NCBI GenBank assembly: GCA_963848295.1
Contig: CAWKDB010000002.1
Coordinates: 448,001 to 512,000, forward strand
DNA length: 64,000 nucleotides
Reading direction: 5' to 3'
Source: an uncultured delta proteobacterium
GTDB taxonomy: Bacteria > Myxococcota_A > Polyangia > Haliangiales > Haliangiaceae
Shown here: positions 36,001 to 48,171 of the stretch, in pieces
Numbering within the stretch: the stretch's first letter is position 1
Layout: each line of letters starts with the position of its first letter
Made by a program: the position numbers and the translations under genes
The notes under the pieces: model-generated
What the model was told of the DNA's origin: nothing
What the model saw: only the letters and a program-made list of their open reading frames with translations
Database searches by the model: none

Positions 36001-36446
36001 CCGAGCCGGTGCTGCTGCTCGGTGGTGACGAGGTCACCGTCTCGCTCGGCAGCGTATTCGAGGAGCTCGGTCTGGTACCGGAGATCGTCGCGAAGCTGAC
36101 CGATCCGAAGGTCGCGAACGCACGCGTCGCGGTGACTCGTACCGGCGCGGGCGACGGCGCGGCCGAGCACGAGTTGGCGATGGACCGCGGCAACGCGGGC
36201 CAGGGCCTGCTCAAGAAGACCGCCGAGCCTTACGCGCGCAGCCTCGACACCGCCGCGAAGTCGCTGTCCGGCGATCAGGCGGCACAGGCGCATGCGCTGG
36301 TCGACCTGTTCAATGGCATGTACACGGTCGAGCAAGATGGCCAACCCGTGCTCGTCGACAAGACCGGTACTCCGGTCGACTGGCCGGCAGTCCAGAAGCG
36401 CGCTGCAGGACTCATCAAGGCCGGCGGCGGCGAGGTGCCGCATTGA
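30042..36446 (+). CDS. Large DUF4157 (eCIS core domain) protein; putative polymorphic toxin with C-terminal GGDEF/Cas10-like Palm region
   Basis: ATG at 30042 after GGGAG; two DUF4157 motifs (VRVHSD...GARAFAYGNDVF...LMAHELAHVAQQ and ARIHRG...AVAFAVGQNVV...LLAHELAHTAQQ); hydrophobic segment near 33240-33480; LNADIKDMG and LLLGGDEV near the C-terminus. Confidence 0.88.
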   Translation: MSGVEKTHRPERELAERDPATPVARAKPTPTASADDTSGQQARLWRELGASRAPRDQEDAANLAVEHRGSGRGVDPGIAGKVGAHMGANLDGVRVHSDPLSQQSTRAMGARAFAYGNDVFLGPGESPADTGLMAHELAHVAQQRGGAATPQMKISIGGVLDAAEAEADAIAAKVVGGTQAVVDVLSDGGALNPGQLVKQAFLAQLKPLVVAAADQELGKAGAAEGCPYIETYFAKYSAMPAAQTLALLRKWIPSAASVTSATDLVPMVVARVRSGIKTWKETGALPPELAAADPGIAAAARASSTPGAPTAQRKSLDALESDLGAGEAVDSKLAGPLGAQGARIHRGPVAAQHARAENAVAFAVGQNVVMGAGAPQQGTPAGDALLAHELAHTAQQKDAAGDATARMKPIGAEDHGAERDADRAASGAISGQRVATLGNFAGAIGDVMRTGLQLQRCASDTSVDRFAYYKKYEIDIANDAASTIRQMPFGTTDSTIAWSGGGQKAFAGHLADQVAAPSTAASLEALVRPERMSSLIDSSRLLNEAGSAKGPDQYFHAVGVEVANALARRTAESLGRELPRYAQAKLAGGGEPKADSIAVSHPIDPLVVSALTMAPIVTIDGAGFRSAHPELAGAPRHIDQTRNVVTEKVGETGMWYRLKEPMDATVEEIANALLGAPTEAYRVTNAHPLYGVDKQNNDEFYGSPGTSSAANQLLVNEPTLRDEAALSQAGGGKPSRSGAKILEQMRLNATLLGKSIYGNAIKFGPDVADVLVAAAQRINDRAAQLSLAKEPDIQKWDAQVTQQQDLLGKGSRGLQADVLRLQMYATQFDTKLGEDPGANKLPDEHRNALHEDVSLWCQALAMTDMVASATAALQTAARHSATLETQILERQLDIAQSASYAAKDSGTTKSDTNVDSLPSRELEARQKLAAVRAQALTDPSAMTDPKTIALNADASQNARDLVFESSVIAQAAQLDAAWKMLDDMDGTLSNLTGDHGDLAALKSEGKRYYVRWTNIYSQITKIPRDPAAAKTAKANARQDYEKLVATPDFQTFMNRVQTLVKDTQKHHLIATIIATVVITVVTMGAGLVVEGLVGGGAVAAEVADGVEVTTEVASAARNARIAGMVANAATGAVLNQLIFAKSVTIKGIAADFGRNMLLFGAFKMVSAGFKMAGLAKIAEAGLKPGATAADVMKGGGVMIGEAVLNGGVGALEALCEAKLSQAMGGKPLTQEEAESIVLHNVVQMVGLAMFSRFMNSPMQALKIKAAFQGQNWRRAVALRSANRSAMTALGAGEHTSTEIVAAAKKESQLIEVETQALEELKAQGDKALEGTGYTEARLDGQIATLKGYGAKARGFQFAFGMTEVGDGLYTAPRAQVADMMNAQAGILEKPPTVESKDPSTGARTWVLQPKDGDAFRVQEEMPEWSYKTAAGKELVQVIERNPGMAWVFEAPQAQIDAMVDYQRTLSTNDPKAVAAADQRLSKAITKNQFEEVSAAIKAFARWQSAADQADERQALIDGKPLDAAQREHLEAELRRQVPDIRLMDAVQNRGAKTVLSVLVPGGGESGIKAMNDDMIGYGMNSGSLIPARNRIISDAFSRQGFEIVDQGYKMTTLTTTMPAEQTAGKIRIALAEIDQGMKPLLMRVLGDGIAHFTVEKSQLSPKDPNYAVYEKRIAKMTALRAKIASNPDFHFDFHIGESEIAGAGPGQKPDYAAVLAAEMDASKAAIMARDAKVTSGRTADTDGRAMVYSKATFITFCKETVALKAKLAGAELPYEGRVVRVFAGDGEINHDLLRAIRKQSYKEKLSAAQSKILEDLGQYITRVNSFDYVKQFTGDEVANQGTEVDETAALIKKLQSGEPIDRDTAAKIDQVLRGSNGIAQQDAGSEAQYFAKAAKLQNRIVLNADIKDMGLDLFDGYAKTMDSVGSGKATNLDAASASASDPIVEFKRHASEDFVRYYKTDLMTKARNLAQPREDGRVLLDALDRETEPVLLLGGDEVTVSLGSVFEELGLVPEIVAKLTDPKVANARVAVTRTGAGDGAAEHELAMDRGNAGQGLLKKTAEPYARSLDTAAKSLSGDQAAQAHALVDLFNGMYTVEQDGQPVLVDKTGTPVDWPAVQKRAAGLIKAGGGEVPH

Positions 36447-37021
36447 TGTTGCCGACCACGTCCGAGCTCGACGCGATGCTGCAGCGCTACTTCATCGGCG
36501 CCACGCCCGCGCACGCGGCCGCACTGCTCGTCGACCTCGAGAAGGTGCTCGGCGATCCGGCTCGCCACGCGGGCGAAGCCGGTAGCTTCGATCCCGCCAA
36601 CGGCGGCAGGTGCTACGGCCAGGCCTGGCGCGAGGAGCTGGCGTACGACCACCGGCGGCCGAACGAGCTCGAGATGGCGGCGTGGCTCGCGGCGACGTCG
36701 AAGGGCTATCCCGCGCCGCGGCCCTATTGCCCCGAGGTGTTCGTCGGCGCTTGGCGCCAGATCGAGCCGGTCGTGGAGCCCGCGCCGCGCTGGGAGCTCG
36801 CGCTCGACGGCGGGTTCAAGACGGACGAGCAGATGTTGCGTATCCGCGAGGCTTGGTGCTTGCACCGCGAAGGCCACGAGTCGTTCGTCGGCGACGCGAT
36901 CTGGCTCTACGACAACATGCGCGTCGGTCATCGGATCTTGGCGGTGCTCGGGATAGCGCCAGGCTCCCTCGAGGTGCATGCGTCGGGAGCGCGATCCTCG
37001 TATAAGCTCGTGAGGTCATGA
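36446..37021 (+). CDS. Hypothetical protein (191 aa), candidate immunity/partner protein
   Basis: ATG overlaps the stop of the DUF4157 gene (TGATG), preceded by GAGG; no family recognised. Confidence 0.75.
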   Translation: MLPTTSELDAMLQRYFIGATPAHAAALLVDLEKVLGDPARHAGEAGSFDPANGGRCYGQAWREELAYDHRRPNELEMAAWLAATSKGYPAPRPYCPEVFVGAWRQIEPVVEPAPRWELALDGGFKTDEQMLRIREAWCLHREGHESFVGDAIWLYDNMRVGHRILAVLGIAPGSLEVHASGARSSYKLVRS

Positions 37022-37308
37022 CCGTGCAGCAGATCCGGGCGCTCGGATTCGAGTGGCCCGGCAACGAGTCACTCGATCAATACGCCGTGGACCGCGACGG
37101 CACCATCGATCTCGCAGCGACCCTCGAGGCGCTGCGCAAGGGTCTCGGTGTGTACCAGCGCCAGCTCGACGGAATGGCGCAGTTCAAAGGCCGCCACCGC
37201 CCCGACTCGAGCGACGTCGACGACAACGGCGAGGTGGCGCTCAAGGCAGCCGATATGCGCCAGGCGATCTCGATCGTCGAGCAGATTCGCGCGCGCGCTG
37301 GACGCTAG
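37018..37308 (+). CDS. Hypothetical small helical protein (96 aa), second candidate immunity/partner
   Basis: ATGA overlap with the previous gene, GAGG just upstream; GC3-rich codons; no family recognised. Confidence 0.7.
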   Translation: MTVQQIRALGFEWPGNESLDQYAVDRDGTIDLAATLEALRKGLGVYQRQLDGMAQFKGRHRPDSSDVDDNGEVALKAADMRQAISIVEQIRARAGR

Positions 37309-37384
37309 GATCCATCTCAAGAACCGATCCGGGTCCTACGGGCGGTGAAGGTGCAGGGAACATGACGGCGAAGCCGCACCTTCG

Positions 37385-37825
37385 TTAGTAGCTCGGGCGG
37401 AACGCGAGCACATCGCGGGCGGAGAACAGCGCGCCGGTCTCGGTCAACGCGTGCGCCTTGACCGTCTCGGCGACTTCCGCGGCGGTCAGGAACCGACCGA
37501 CGACGATCGCGTCGGCACCTTCACGGAACGCGATCGGCAAGACACCAGTCGCGACGACGCGGATGTGCTGCTTGCCGTGGCGCAAGCCGAACGCGATCAC
37601 CCGCGTCTCCCGATCGTCGCCGACGGCGTAGAGCGGCCCCTCGACCACGCCGCGGACCCGCAGCTCGCCGGCTCGATCGGCTGGGCCGAGCTCGTCGACA
37701 TACTTCTGGACCACGGCGCCGCTCCCGCTCGGCGATGGCGATGGCGATGGCGGCGGCCGATCCCGGTCGGCCGCGCTACCACACGCGATCGCCACGATGC
37801 ACGCGAGGCACCAGCGCAGCTTCAC
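37385..37825 (-). CDS. CcmE-like OB-fold lipoprotein lacking the heme-binding motif
   Basis: ELRVRGVV...IRVVATGVLPIAFREGADAIVVG...FSARDVLA follows the CcmE pattern; lipobox-like IAC; ends LAFRPSY. Start approximate (GTG 37825 or ATG 37870). Confidence 0.7.
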   Translation of the reverse strand: MKLRWCLACIVAIACGSAADRDRPPPSPSPSPSGSGAVVQKYVDELGPADRAGELRVRGVVEGPLYAVGDDRETRVIAFGLRHGKQHIRVVATGVLPIAFREGADAIVVGRFLTAAEVAETVKAHALTETGALFSARDVLAFRPSY

Positions 37826-37945
37826 GGATCTATCGTAGAAGACGACCGCTGCCGGCACAAACCGAAGCATTGGCAGATCGCGCCTGGCGCGAGCCGCCGC
37901 CGTAAGGTTGTGACACCGGCACGGGCGGGCTAGATATGTCGTCGG

Positions 37946-39781
37946 GTGGCACGCAGCTCGCTCGTATATCTCCGGCCGTATCGCAAGCGGTTCGCAGCGG
38001 GCATCGCGATGCTGCTGCTGACGAACGTGTTCTTTCTCGGCGTGGCCGAGTCGCTGCGCGTCGGCATCGATCTGATCAAGCAAGGTCGGGCGGACGAGGT
38101 CTGGCCGGCCGCGCTGTGGATGGTCGGGTCGGCGTTCGCGACCGCGTTCACCCGGATCGCGTCGCGCGTGTGGATCTTCGACGCCGCTCGCGCCGCCGAG
38201 TACGACTTGCGTTCGGATCTGTTCGGCCACCTGATGACGCTGTCGCCGGCTTACTACCGGACTCATCCGACCGGCGACGTCATGTCGCGGCTGACGAACG
38301 ACGTCCAGACCGTGCGCGCGATGTGGGGCGCCGGGTTGCTCAACCTCGCGAACGCGGTGATCGCGTTCCTGACCGTGCTGACGATCATGATGTTCCACGA
38401 CCCGGTCGTCACGCTGTGGGTGATCCTGCCGTTCCCGCTGATCTACTTCACCGGCCAAGCGGTCAGCCGGCGGATCTATCGGACGAGCCGCGCGGTCCAG
38501 GCCCAGCTCGGGATGTTGTCGGCGCGGCTGCAGGAAGACCTCGGCGCGATCCAGGTGATCAAGACCTACGGGCTCGAGGACCTGCGACGCACCGGGTTCG
38601 TCGCCCGGTCGCGCAAGCTGCTCGACGAGAACATGGCCGCGGCGAAGGTCCGGATCCAGATGGGCCCGATGTTGACCACGCTCGCGTCGCTCGGCACCGC
38701 GATCCTGATCCTCGTCGGTGGCCGCGCGCTGATCGAGCTGTCCGCCGGCGGCAAGGGCATGACCACGGGCGAAGTCACCGCGTTCCAGACGTACATCGCG
38801 CGCCTCGTGTGGCCGACGCTCACGCTCGGGTTCATGCTCGCGCTCGTCCAGCGGGGCCGGGCATCGTGGAGCCGGCTGATCACGCTGCAAGACGAACAGC
38901 CCGAGATCGCCGACGGCTCGGGGCCGGCGCTCGCGGACAGCAAGCTGCCGGCGCGCGTCGAGGTCAAGGACCTGACGATCGCGATCGGCAGCCGCGCGCT
39001 CCTCGATCACGTGTCGTTCGTGCTCGAGCCCAGCACCGTCACCGCGATCGTCGGCCGCACCGGCGCGGGCAAGAGCACGTTGGTCGACGCGTTGTGCCGG
39101 CTGATCGATGTTCCGGCCAACACGGTGTTCATCGACGGCCGCGACATCACGACCGTGCCGCTCGCCTCGGCGCGCCAGCAGATCGGCTACGCGCCGCAAG
39201 AGGCATTCCTGTTCTCGACGACGATCGCGGACAACATCGCGATGGGTTACGGCGGCGGCAGTGCGATCCCGGCGGCGCGCGCCAAAGAGCTGGAGCGCGT
39301 GATCGGCGCAGCCGCGGCCGCCGATCTGCGCGACGAACCCCGCGTCGTGGCAGCGACGATCGCCGCCGGTCTCGAGCGCGACCTCGCGGTCATGCCGGAC
39401 GGACGCGCGACGATCGTCGGCGAGCGCGGCATCACGCTATCCGGCGGCCAGCGCCAGCGCGTCGCTCTCGCCCGCGCGCTCGTCGGCGCGCCGCGGCTGC
39501 TCGTGCTCGACGATTCGTTATCGTCGGTCGACGCCGACACCGAGAAGCTGATCCTGCGCAACCTGCGCGCGGTGATGGCAGGCCGGACCGCCGTCCTGAT
39601 CTCGCACCGGGTCGCCGCGATCAAAGACGCCGACCAGATCATCGTGCTCGACGAGGGCAAGATCGCCGAGCGCGGCACCCACGCGGAGCTGATCGCGAGG
39701 GCCGGCATCTACAGCGAGCTGTATCGGACCCAGCTCGATACCGAATTCGAGGTCGTCGTGGATAGCAAGGAGGCGATGTAG
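37946..39781 (+). CDS. ABC exporter, fused permease/ATPase (MdlA-like)
   Basis: TM domain with TGDVMSRLTND; Walker A GRTGAGKS; signature LSGGQRQR; degenerate Walker B LVLDD; SHR. Confidence 0.95.
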   Translation: MARSSLVYLRPYRKRFAAGIAMLLLTNVFFLGVAESLRVGIDLIKQGRADEVWPAALWMVGSAFATAFTRIASRVWIFDAARAAEYDLRSDLFGHLMTLSPAYYRTHPTGDVMSRLTNDVQTVRAMWGAGLLNLANAVIAFLTVLTIMMFHDPVVTLWVILPFPLIYFTGQAVSRRIYRTSRAVQAQLGMLSARLQEDLGAIQVIKTYGLEDLRRTGFVARSRKLLDENMAAAKVRIQMGPMLTTLASLGTAILILVGGRALIELSAGGKGMTTGEVTAFQTYIARLVWPTLTLGFMLALVQRGRASWSRLITLQDEQPEIADGSGPALADSKLPARVEVKDLTIAIGSRALLDHVSFVLEPSTVTAIVGRTGAGKSTLVDALCRLIDVPANTVFIDGRDITTVPLASARQQIGYAPQEAFLFSTTIADNIAMGYGGGSAIPAARAKELERVIGAAAAADLRDEPRVVAATIAAGLERDLAVMPDGRATIVGERGITLSGGQRQRVALARALVGAPRLLVLDDSLSSVDADTEKLILRNLRAVMAGRTAVLISHRVAAIKDADQIIVLDEGKIAERGTHAELIARAGIYSELYRTQLDTEFEVVVDSKEAM

Positions 39782-39783
39782 CG

Positions 39784-41580
39784 ATGGCCGTCGCCCGACC
39801 TCCGCGCAACGTGTTCGAAGCCGAGGCCGTGCTCGGCAAGGCGTACGATGTCCGGCTCGTCCGCCGGCTGTGGAAGTTCATCCGCCCGCACTGGAAGCTG
39901 CTCGCCGCATGGGCGCTGTTCATGCCCTGCACGATCGCGTTCGACCTCGCACAGCCGAAGCTGTTCCAGTTCTCGTTGACGCACCACATGTTGGGTGGCG
40001 ACCGCTCCGCCTTGCCGCTCGACGCGATGTTCTACGTCCTGCTCGTCGTCGGCCAAGGCCTGTCGGGGCTCGGCGAACAGTACCTGCTGCAGCTCGCCGG
40101 CCAGCACACGATGCACGGGTTGCGGATCGCGATCTTCGATCACGTGTTGGCGCAACGCGCCGCGTTCTTCGATCGCATCCCGGTCGGTCGGCTGATGACG
40201 CGGATGACGAACGACATCGAGAGCCTGAACGAGATGTTCGCCCAGGGCGCGATCACGCTGGTCTCGGACTTCATCAAGATGCTCGCGATCCTCGGCGTGA
40301 TGCTGACGATCGATGTCGGGCTCACGCTCCTCGTGATCGCGACGCTGCCGTTGTTGATCCTGCTCGTCGAGATCGCGCGGCGGGTCATGCGGGCATCGTT
40401 CCGCCAGATTCGCGTCCGGCTCGCCGCGATGAACGCGTTCGCCCAAGAGCACCTGTCCGGCATCCGCGTCATCCAGCTGCTCGGCCGCGGCAAGATCGCC
40501 TCGCGCGAGTACGACGAGATCAACGCGGGACACCGCGACGCCTACCTCGGGCAGATCCGCGCGGACGCCGCGATGTACGCGCTGGTCGAGGCGATCGGCT
40601 CGATGGCGATCGGGCTCGTGATCTGGTTCGCCGCCGGCCACCGCAAGGACGACATCGTGACGATCGGCGTGGTCGTCGTATTCATCGACTACATCGGCCG
40701 CTTCTTCATCCCGGTACGCGACCTGTCGGCGAAGTACGCCGTCATGCAAGGCGCGATGGCCGCGAGCGAGCGCATCTTCCAGCTGCTCGACACCGACGAG
40801 CCGGATGGCGGGACGAAGCCAGCCGCGAATGCGAATCGCACGCCGAAGCTCGATGGTCCCGCGGTCGTCCTCGCCGGCGTCAAGTTCAGCTACGGCGCGG
40901 AACAAGTGTTGCGCGGCATCGACCTCACCGTGCCGCGCGGCGCGACGGTCGCGGTCGTCGGCGCCACCGGCTCGGGCAAGTCGACCGTGATCAAGATGCT
41001 GACCCGGCTGTACGACTACGACAGCGGGACGATCGAGATCGACGGCGTCGATCTCCGCGCGATCGGACTCCCCGACCTGCGGCGGCGCATCACGGTCGTG
41101 TCCCAGGACGTGACCCTGTTCGCCGGCACGCTCGCCGATAACATCACGCTCGGCAAGACCTACGACCGGAGCAAGCTCGACGAGGCCGTGCGCCGCGTCG
41201 GCCTCGATCGCGCGCTCGAGCGCCGCGGCGATGACGTCACCTGCGAGGTCGCGGAACGCGGAGGCAACTTCTCGGCCGGCGAACGCCAACTCGTCGCGTT
41301 CGCGCGCGCGCTGCTCCGCGATCCCGAGATCCTGGTGCTCGATGAAGCGACCGCCCACGTCGATCCGATCGCCGAGGAGCTGATCGAACGCGGCGTGGCC
41401 GAGCTCATGAAGGGCCGGACGACGCTCGTGATCGCGCACCGGCTGACGACGATCCGCAACGCCGACCTGATCGTCGTGATGGACAAAGGCCAGATCATCG
41501 AACAAGGCCGTCACGAAGAGCTCGTCGCGCGCGGCGGCCTCTACGCCGCACTCGAGCGCACGTTCCGCCGCCAGGACTAG
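39784..41580 (+). CDS. ABC exporter, fused permease/ATPase (MdlB-like), heterodimer partner
   Basis: PVGRLMTRMTND; GATGSGKS; FSAGERQL; LVLDEATA; IAHRL. Confidence 0.95.
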   Translation: MAVARPPRNVFEAEAVLGKAYDVRLVRRLWKFIRPHWKLLAAWALFMPCTIAFDLAQPKLFQFSLTHHMLGGDRSALPLDAMFYVLLVVGQGLSGLGEQYLLQLAGQHTMHGLRIAIFDHVLAQRAAFFDRIPVGRLMTRMTNDIESLNEMFAQGAITLVSDFIKMLAILGVMLTIDVGLTLLVIATLPLLILLVEIARRVMRASFRQIRVRLAAMNAFAQEHLSGIRVIQLLGRGKIASREYDEINAGHRDAYLGQIRADAAMYALVEAIGSMAIGLVIWFAAGHRKDDIVTIGVVVVFIDYIGRFFIPVRDLSAKYAVMQGAMAASERIFQLLDTDEPDGGTKPAANANRTPKLDGPAVVLAGVKFSYGAEQVLRGIDLTVPRGATVAVVGATGSGKSTVIKMLTRLYDYDSGTIEIDGVDLRAIGLPDLRRRITVVSQDVTLFAGTLADNITLGKTYDRSKLDEAVRRVGLDRALERRGDDVTCEVAERGGNFSAGERQLVAFARALLRDPEILVLDEATAHVDPIAEELIERGVAELMKGRTTLVIAHRLTTIRNADLIVVMDKGQIIEQGRHEELVARGGLYAALERTFRRQD

Positions 41581-41688
41581 CGGCCTGCGGCAGCGCTGGC
41601 GACGGCTGGGTTGTCCACCGGGGCCATCTAGCAGCTCGACCACCTGGCCTGTGTCTTGGCTCCGCCGTTTCGGTATGATCACCGACCG

Positions 41689-44082
<2,394 letters not shown>

Positions 44083-44086
44083 AGCG

Positions 44087-44587
44087 CTACGACGCCACGC
44101 GGGTGACGTCGACGCGCAGATGGGCGCGCAGCTCGTCGGGCAACCTCGCGAGCTCGGCCGGATCGTCGTCGACGATCAGCCCCCGGCAGGTCGCCGCGCC
44201 GCACGCGCAGACCTCGGCCGCCTCGGCGACGAACGCGTAGTCGTACGTGATCTCCTCGCCGACCGCGAGGTCGCGCAACGCGACCCACCACGCGCGCGGC
44301 ACGCCGGCGGCGTGGTCCCAGGTCGAGCGGACCTCGGTGTTCGGCTCGCACGAATGGTTGAACCATCGCGTCTGATCCGCGAGGTCCCAGAAGAAGTCCT
44401 CGCCGGGCAGGCCGGAGTCTTCGACCGGCAAGATCAGCGCGTAGGTATCGTCGAACTCCTCGTCCTCGCGATAGAGCACGCCATCGCCGTAGCAGACGAT
44501 CTCCCCGGCGCGAAACGGCCGCGTGGTCACCACGCCATAGCCATGGATCGCCGACATCACGACTCGCAGGCCATCGAGCAAAGGCAT
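44087..44587 (-). CDS. SET-domain protein-lysine methyltransferase with post-SET Cys cluster
   Basis: IHGYGV, WFNHSCEPN, GEEITYDY, CACGAATCRG. Confidence 0.93.
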   Translation of the reverse strand: MPLLDGLRVVMSAIHGYGVVTTRPFRAGEIVCYGDGVLYREDEEFDDTYALILPVEDSGLPGEDFFWDLADQTRWFNHSCEPNTEVRSTWDHAAGVPRAWWVALRDLAVGEEITYDYAFVAEAAEVCACGAATCRGLIVDDDPAELARLPDELRAHLRVDVTRVAS

Positions 44588-44665
44588 CGCCGCGATCTGC
44601 CACAACCCGAGCTAGAAAAGCAACGATGGCGAACGCCGACCGCGCGCGTTAGATTTCGCGCTGCC

Positions 44666-45751
44666 ATGGCTGACAAGCTCAAGGTAGGAGTGCTCGGCGC
44701 GACCGGCATGGTCGGCCAGCGATTCGTCTCGCTGCTCGCGAATCACCCCTGGTTCGAGGTCACCGCGGTCGCCGCGAGCGCCGCGTCTGCGGGCAAGTCC
44801 TATGGCGAGGCGGTGACCGGCCGGTGGACGTTGGCCACCGCGGTGCCGCGCGCGACCGCCGAGCTCGTCGTCCGTGATGCGTCGGAGGTCTCGCGCATCG
44901 CGGGCGCGGTCGACTTCGTGTTCTGCGCGGTCGACATGGCGAAGGACGCGACCGCGAGGCTCGAAGACGACTACGCGCGAGCCGAGACCCCGGTCGTGTC
45001 GAACAACTCCGCGCATCGCTGGACGCCCGACGTGCCGATGATGATCCCGGAGATCAACGCCGATCACGTCGCGGTGATCCCGGCGCAGCGCAGACGGCTC
45101 GGCACGAAGCGCGGCTTTGTCGCGGTCAAGCCGAACTGCTCGATCCAGAGCTACGTGCCCGCGATCCACCCGCTGCTCGCGTTCGGACCGACCAAGCTCG
45201 CGGTCTGCACGTATCAGGCGATCTCGGGCGCGGGCAAGACGTTCGAGACCTGGCCCGAGATGACCGACAACGTCATCCCGTTCATCAAAGGCGAAGAAGA
45301 GAAGTCCGAGAACGAGCCGATGAAGATCTGGGGCCAGGTCCAGGCCGGCAAGATCGTCGCGGCGACGGCACCCGCGATCACCGCCCAGTGCATTCGCGTG
45401 CCGGTCAGCGATGGCCACATGGCCGCGGTGTTCGTCGCATTCGCGCGCAATCCGAGTCGCGACCAGATCCTGTCGGCGTGGAGCGAGTTTCGCGGCAAGC
45501 CGCAAGCGCTCGCGCTGCCCAGCGCCCCCTCCCCGTTCTTGCAGTATTTCGACGACGACTCGCGGCCGCAGACCCGCCTCGACCGGGATGCCGGCAACGG
45601 CCAAGCGGTGACGATCGGTCGACTGCGCCCGGATTCGGTGTTCGACTGGCGATTCGTGGCCCTCTCGCACAACACGATTCGTGGCGCCGCCGGCGGCGCG
45701 GTCCTGACCGCGGAGCTGCTCAAGGCCGAAGGCTTTCTGGCGGCGAAGTAG
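44666..45751 (+). CDS. asd: Aspartate-semialdehyde dehydrogenase
   Basis: GVLGATGMVGQRF, SNNSAHR, KPNCS, QAISGAG, CIRVPVSDGH, SHNTIRGAAGG. Confidence 0.96.
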   Translation: MADKLKVGVLGATGMVGQRFVSLLANHPWFEVTAVAASAASAGKSYGEAVTGRWTLATAVPRATAELVVRDASEVSRIAGAVDFVFCAVDMAKDATARLEDDYARAETPVVSNNSAHRWTPDVPMMIPEINADHVAVIPAQRRRLGTKRGFVAVKPNCSIQSYVPAIHPLLAFGPTKLAVCTYQAISGAGKTFETWPEMTDNVIPFIKGEEEKSENEPMKIWGQVQAGKIVAATAPAITAQCIRVPVSDGHMAAVFVAFARNPSRDQILSAWSEFRGKPQALALPSAPSPFLQYFDDDSRPQTRLDRDAGNGQAVTIGRLRPDSVFDWRFVALSHNTIRGAAGGAVLTAELLKAEGFLAAK

Positions 45752-45918
45752 GTGTCAGGTTCCTCGCAGAAATCCCGCAGTTAAACGAACGACGAGGAAT
45801 TCGTCGAACTTAGGGACACCGCGATCTCGGTGAGCGTACACGCACGGCTTTGTTGAGTTCTACGTAGGATCGAGCTTTCGCTTGCTTGGCCTGAGCGAGT
45901 GGGCGACGGTACTAGTTG

Positions 45919-48029
<2,111 letters not shown>

Positions 48030-48033
<4 letters not shown>

Positions 48034-48139
48034 TGAAGCTCGTGATCGCGGCCTAGTTGGTCGCGAGTTGCAGCGCGCCAGCCTCGAGACCAAGTCGTTC
48101 ATCCCGGCGATGGCGAAGTCGGTCGACGAAAACCTGTAG
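48030..48139 (+). pseudogene. Possible relic of a lipoprotein gene
   Basis: ATGA overlap with the recQ stop; reads MMKLVIAA*LVASCSAP (signal peptide plus lipobox interrupted by TAG); another frame ends LETKSFIPAMAKSVDENL*. Confidence 0.4.
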
Positions 48140-48171
48140 CGCCGACCGTGGCCTCGGTCTAGAACGACGCG

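Noticed and set aside
34698..36240. Bona fide Cas10 / type III CRISPR locus
   Set aside because: No HD domain, Zn finger, Csm/Cmr genes or array; the Palm-like motifs are fused to a DUF4157 protein.
37347..37383. GAAGGTGC...GCACCTTC stem between convergent genes as a terminator
   Set aside because: 8-bp stem with a 21-nt loop and no T-tract; too weak to call.
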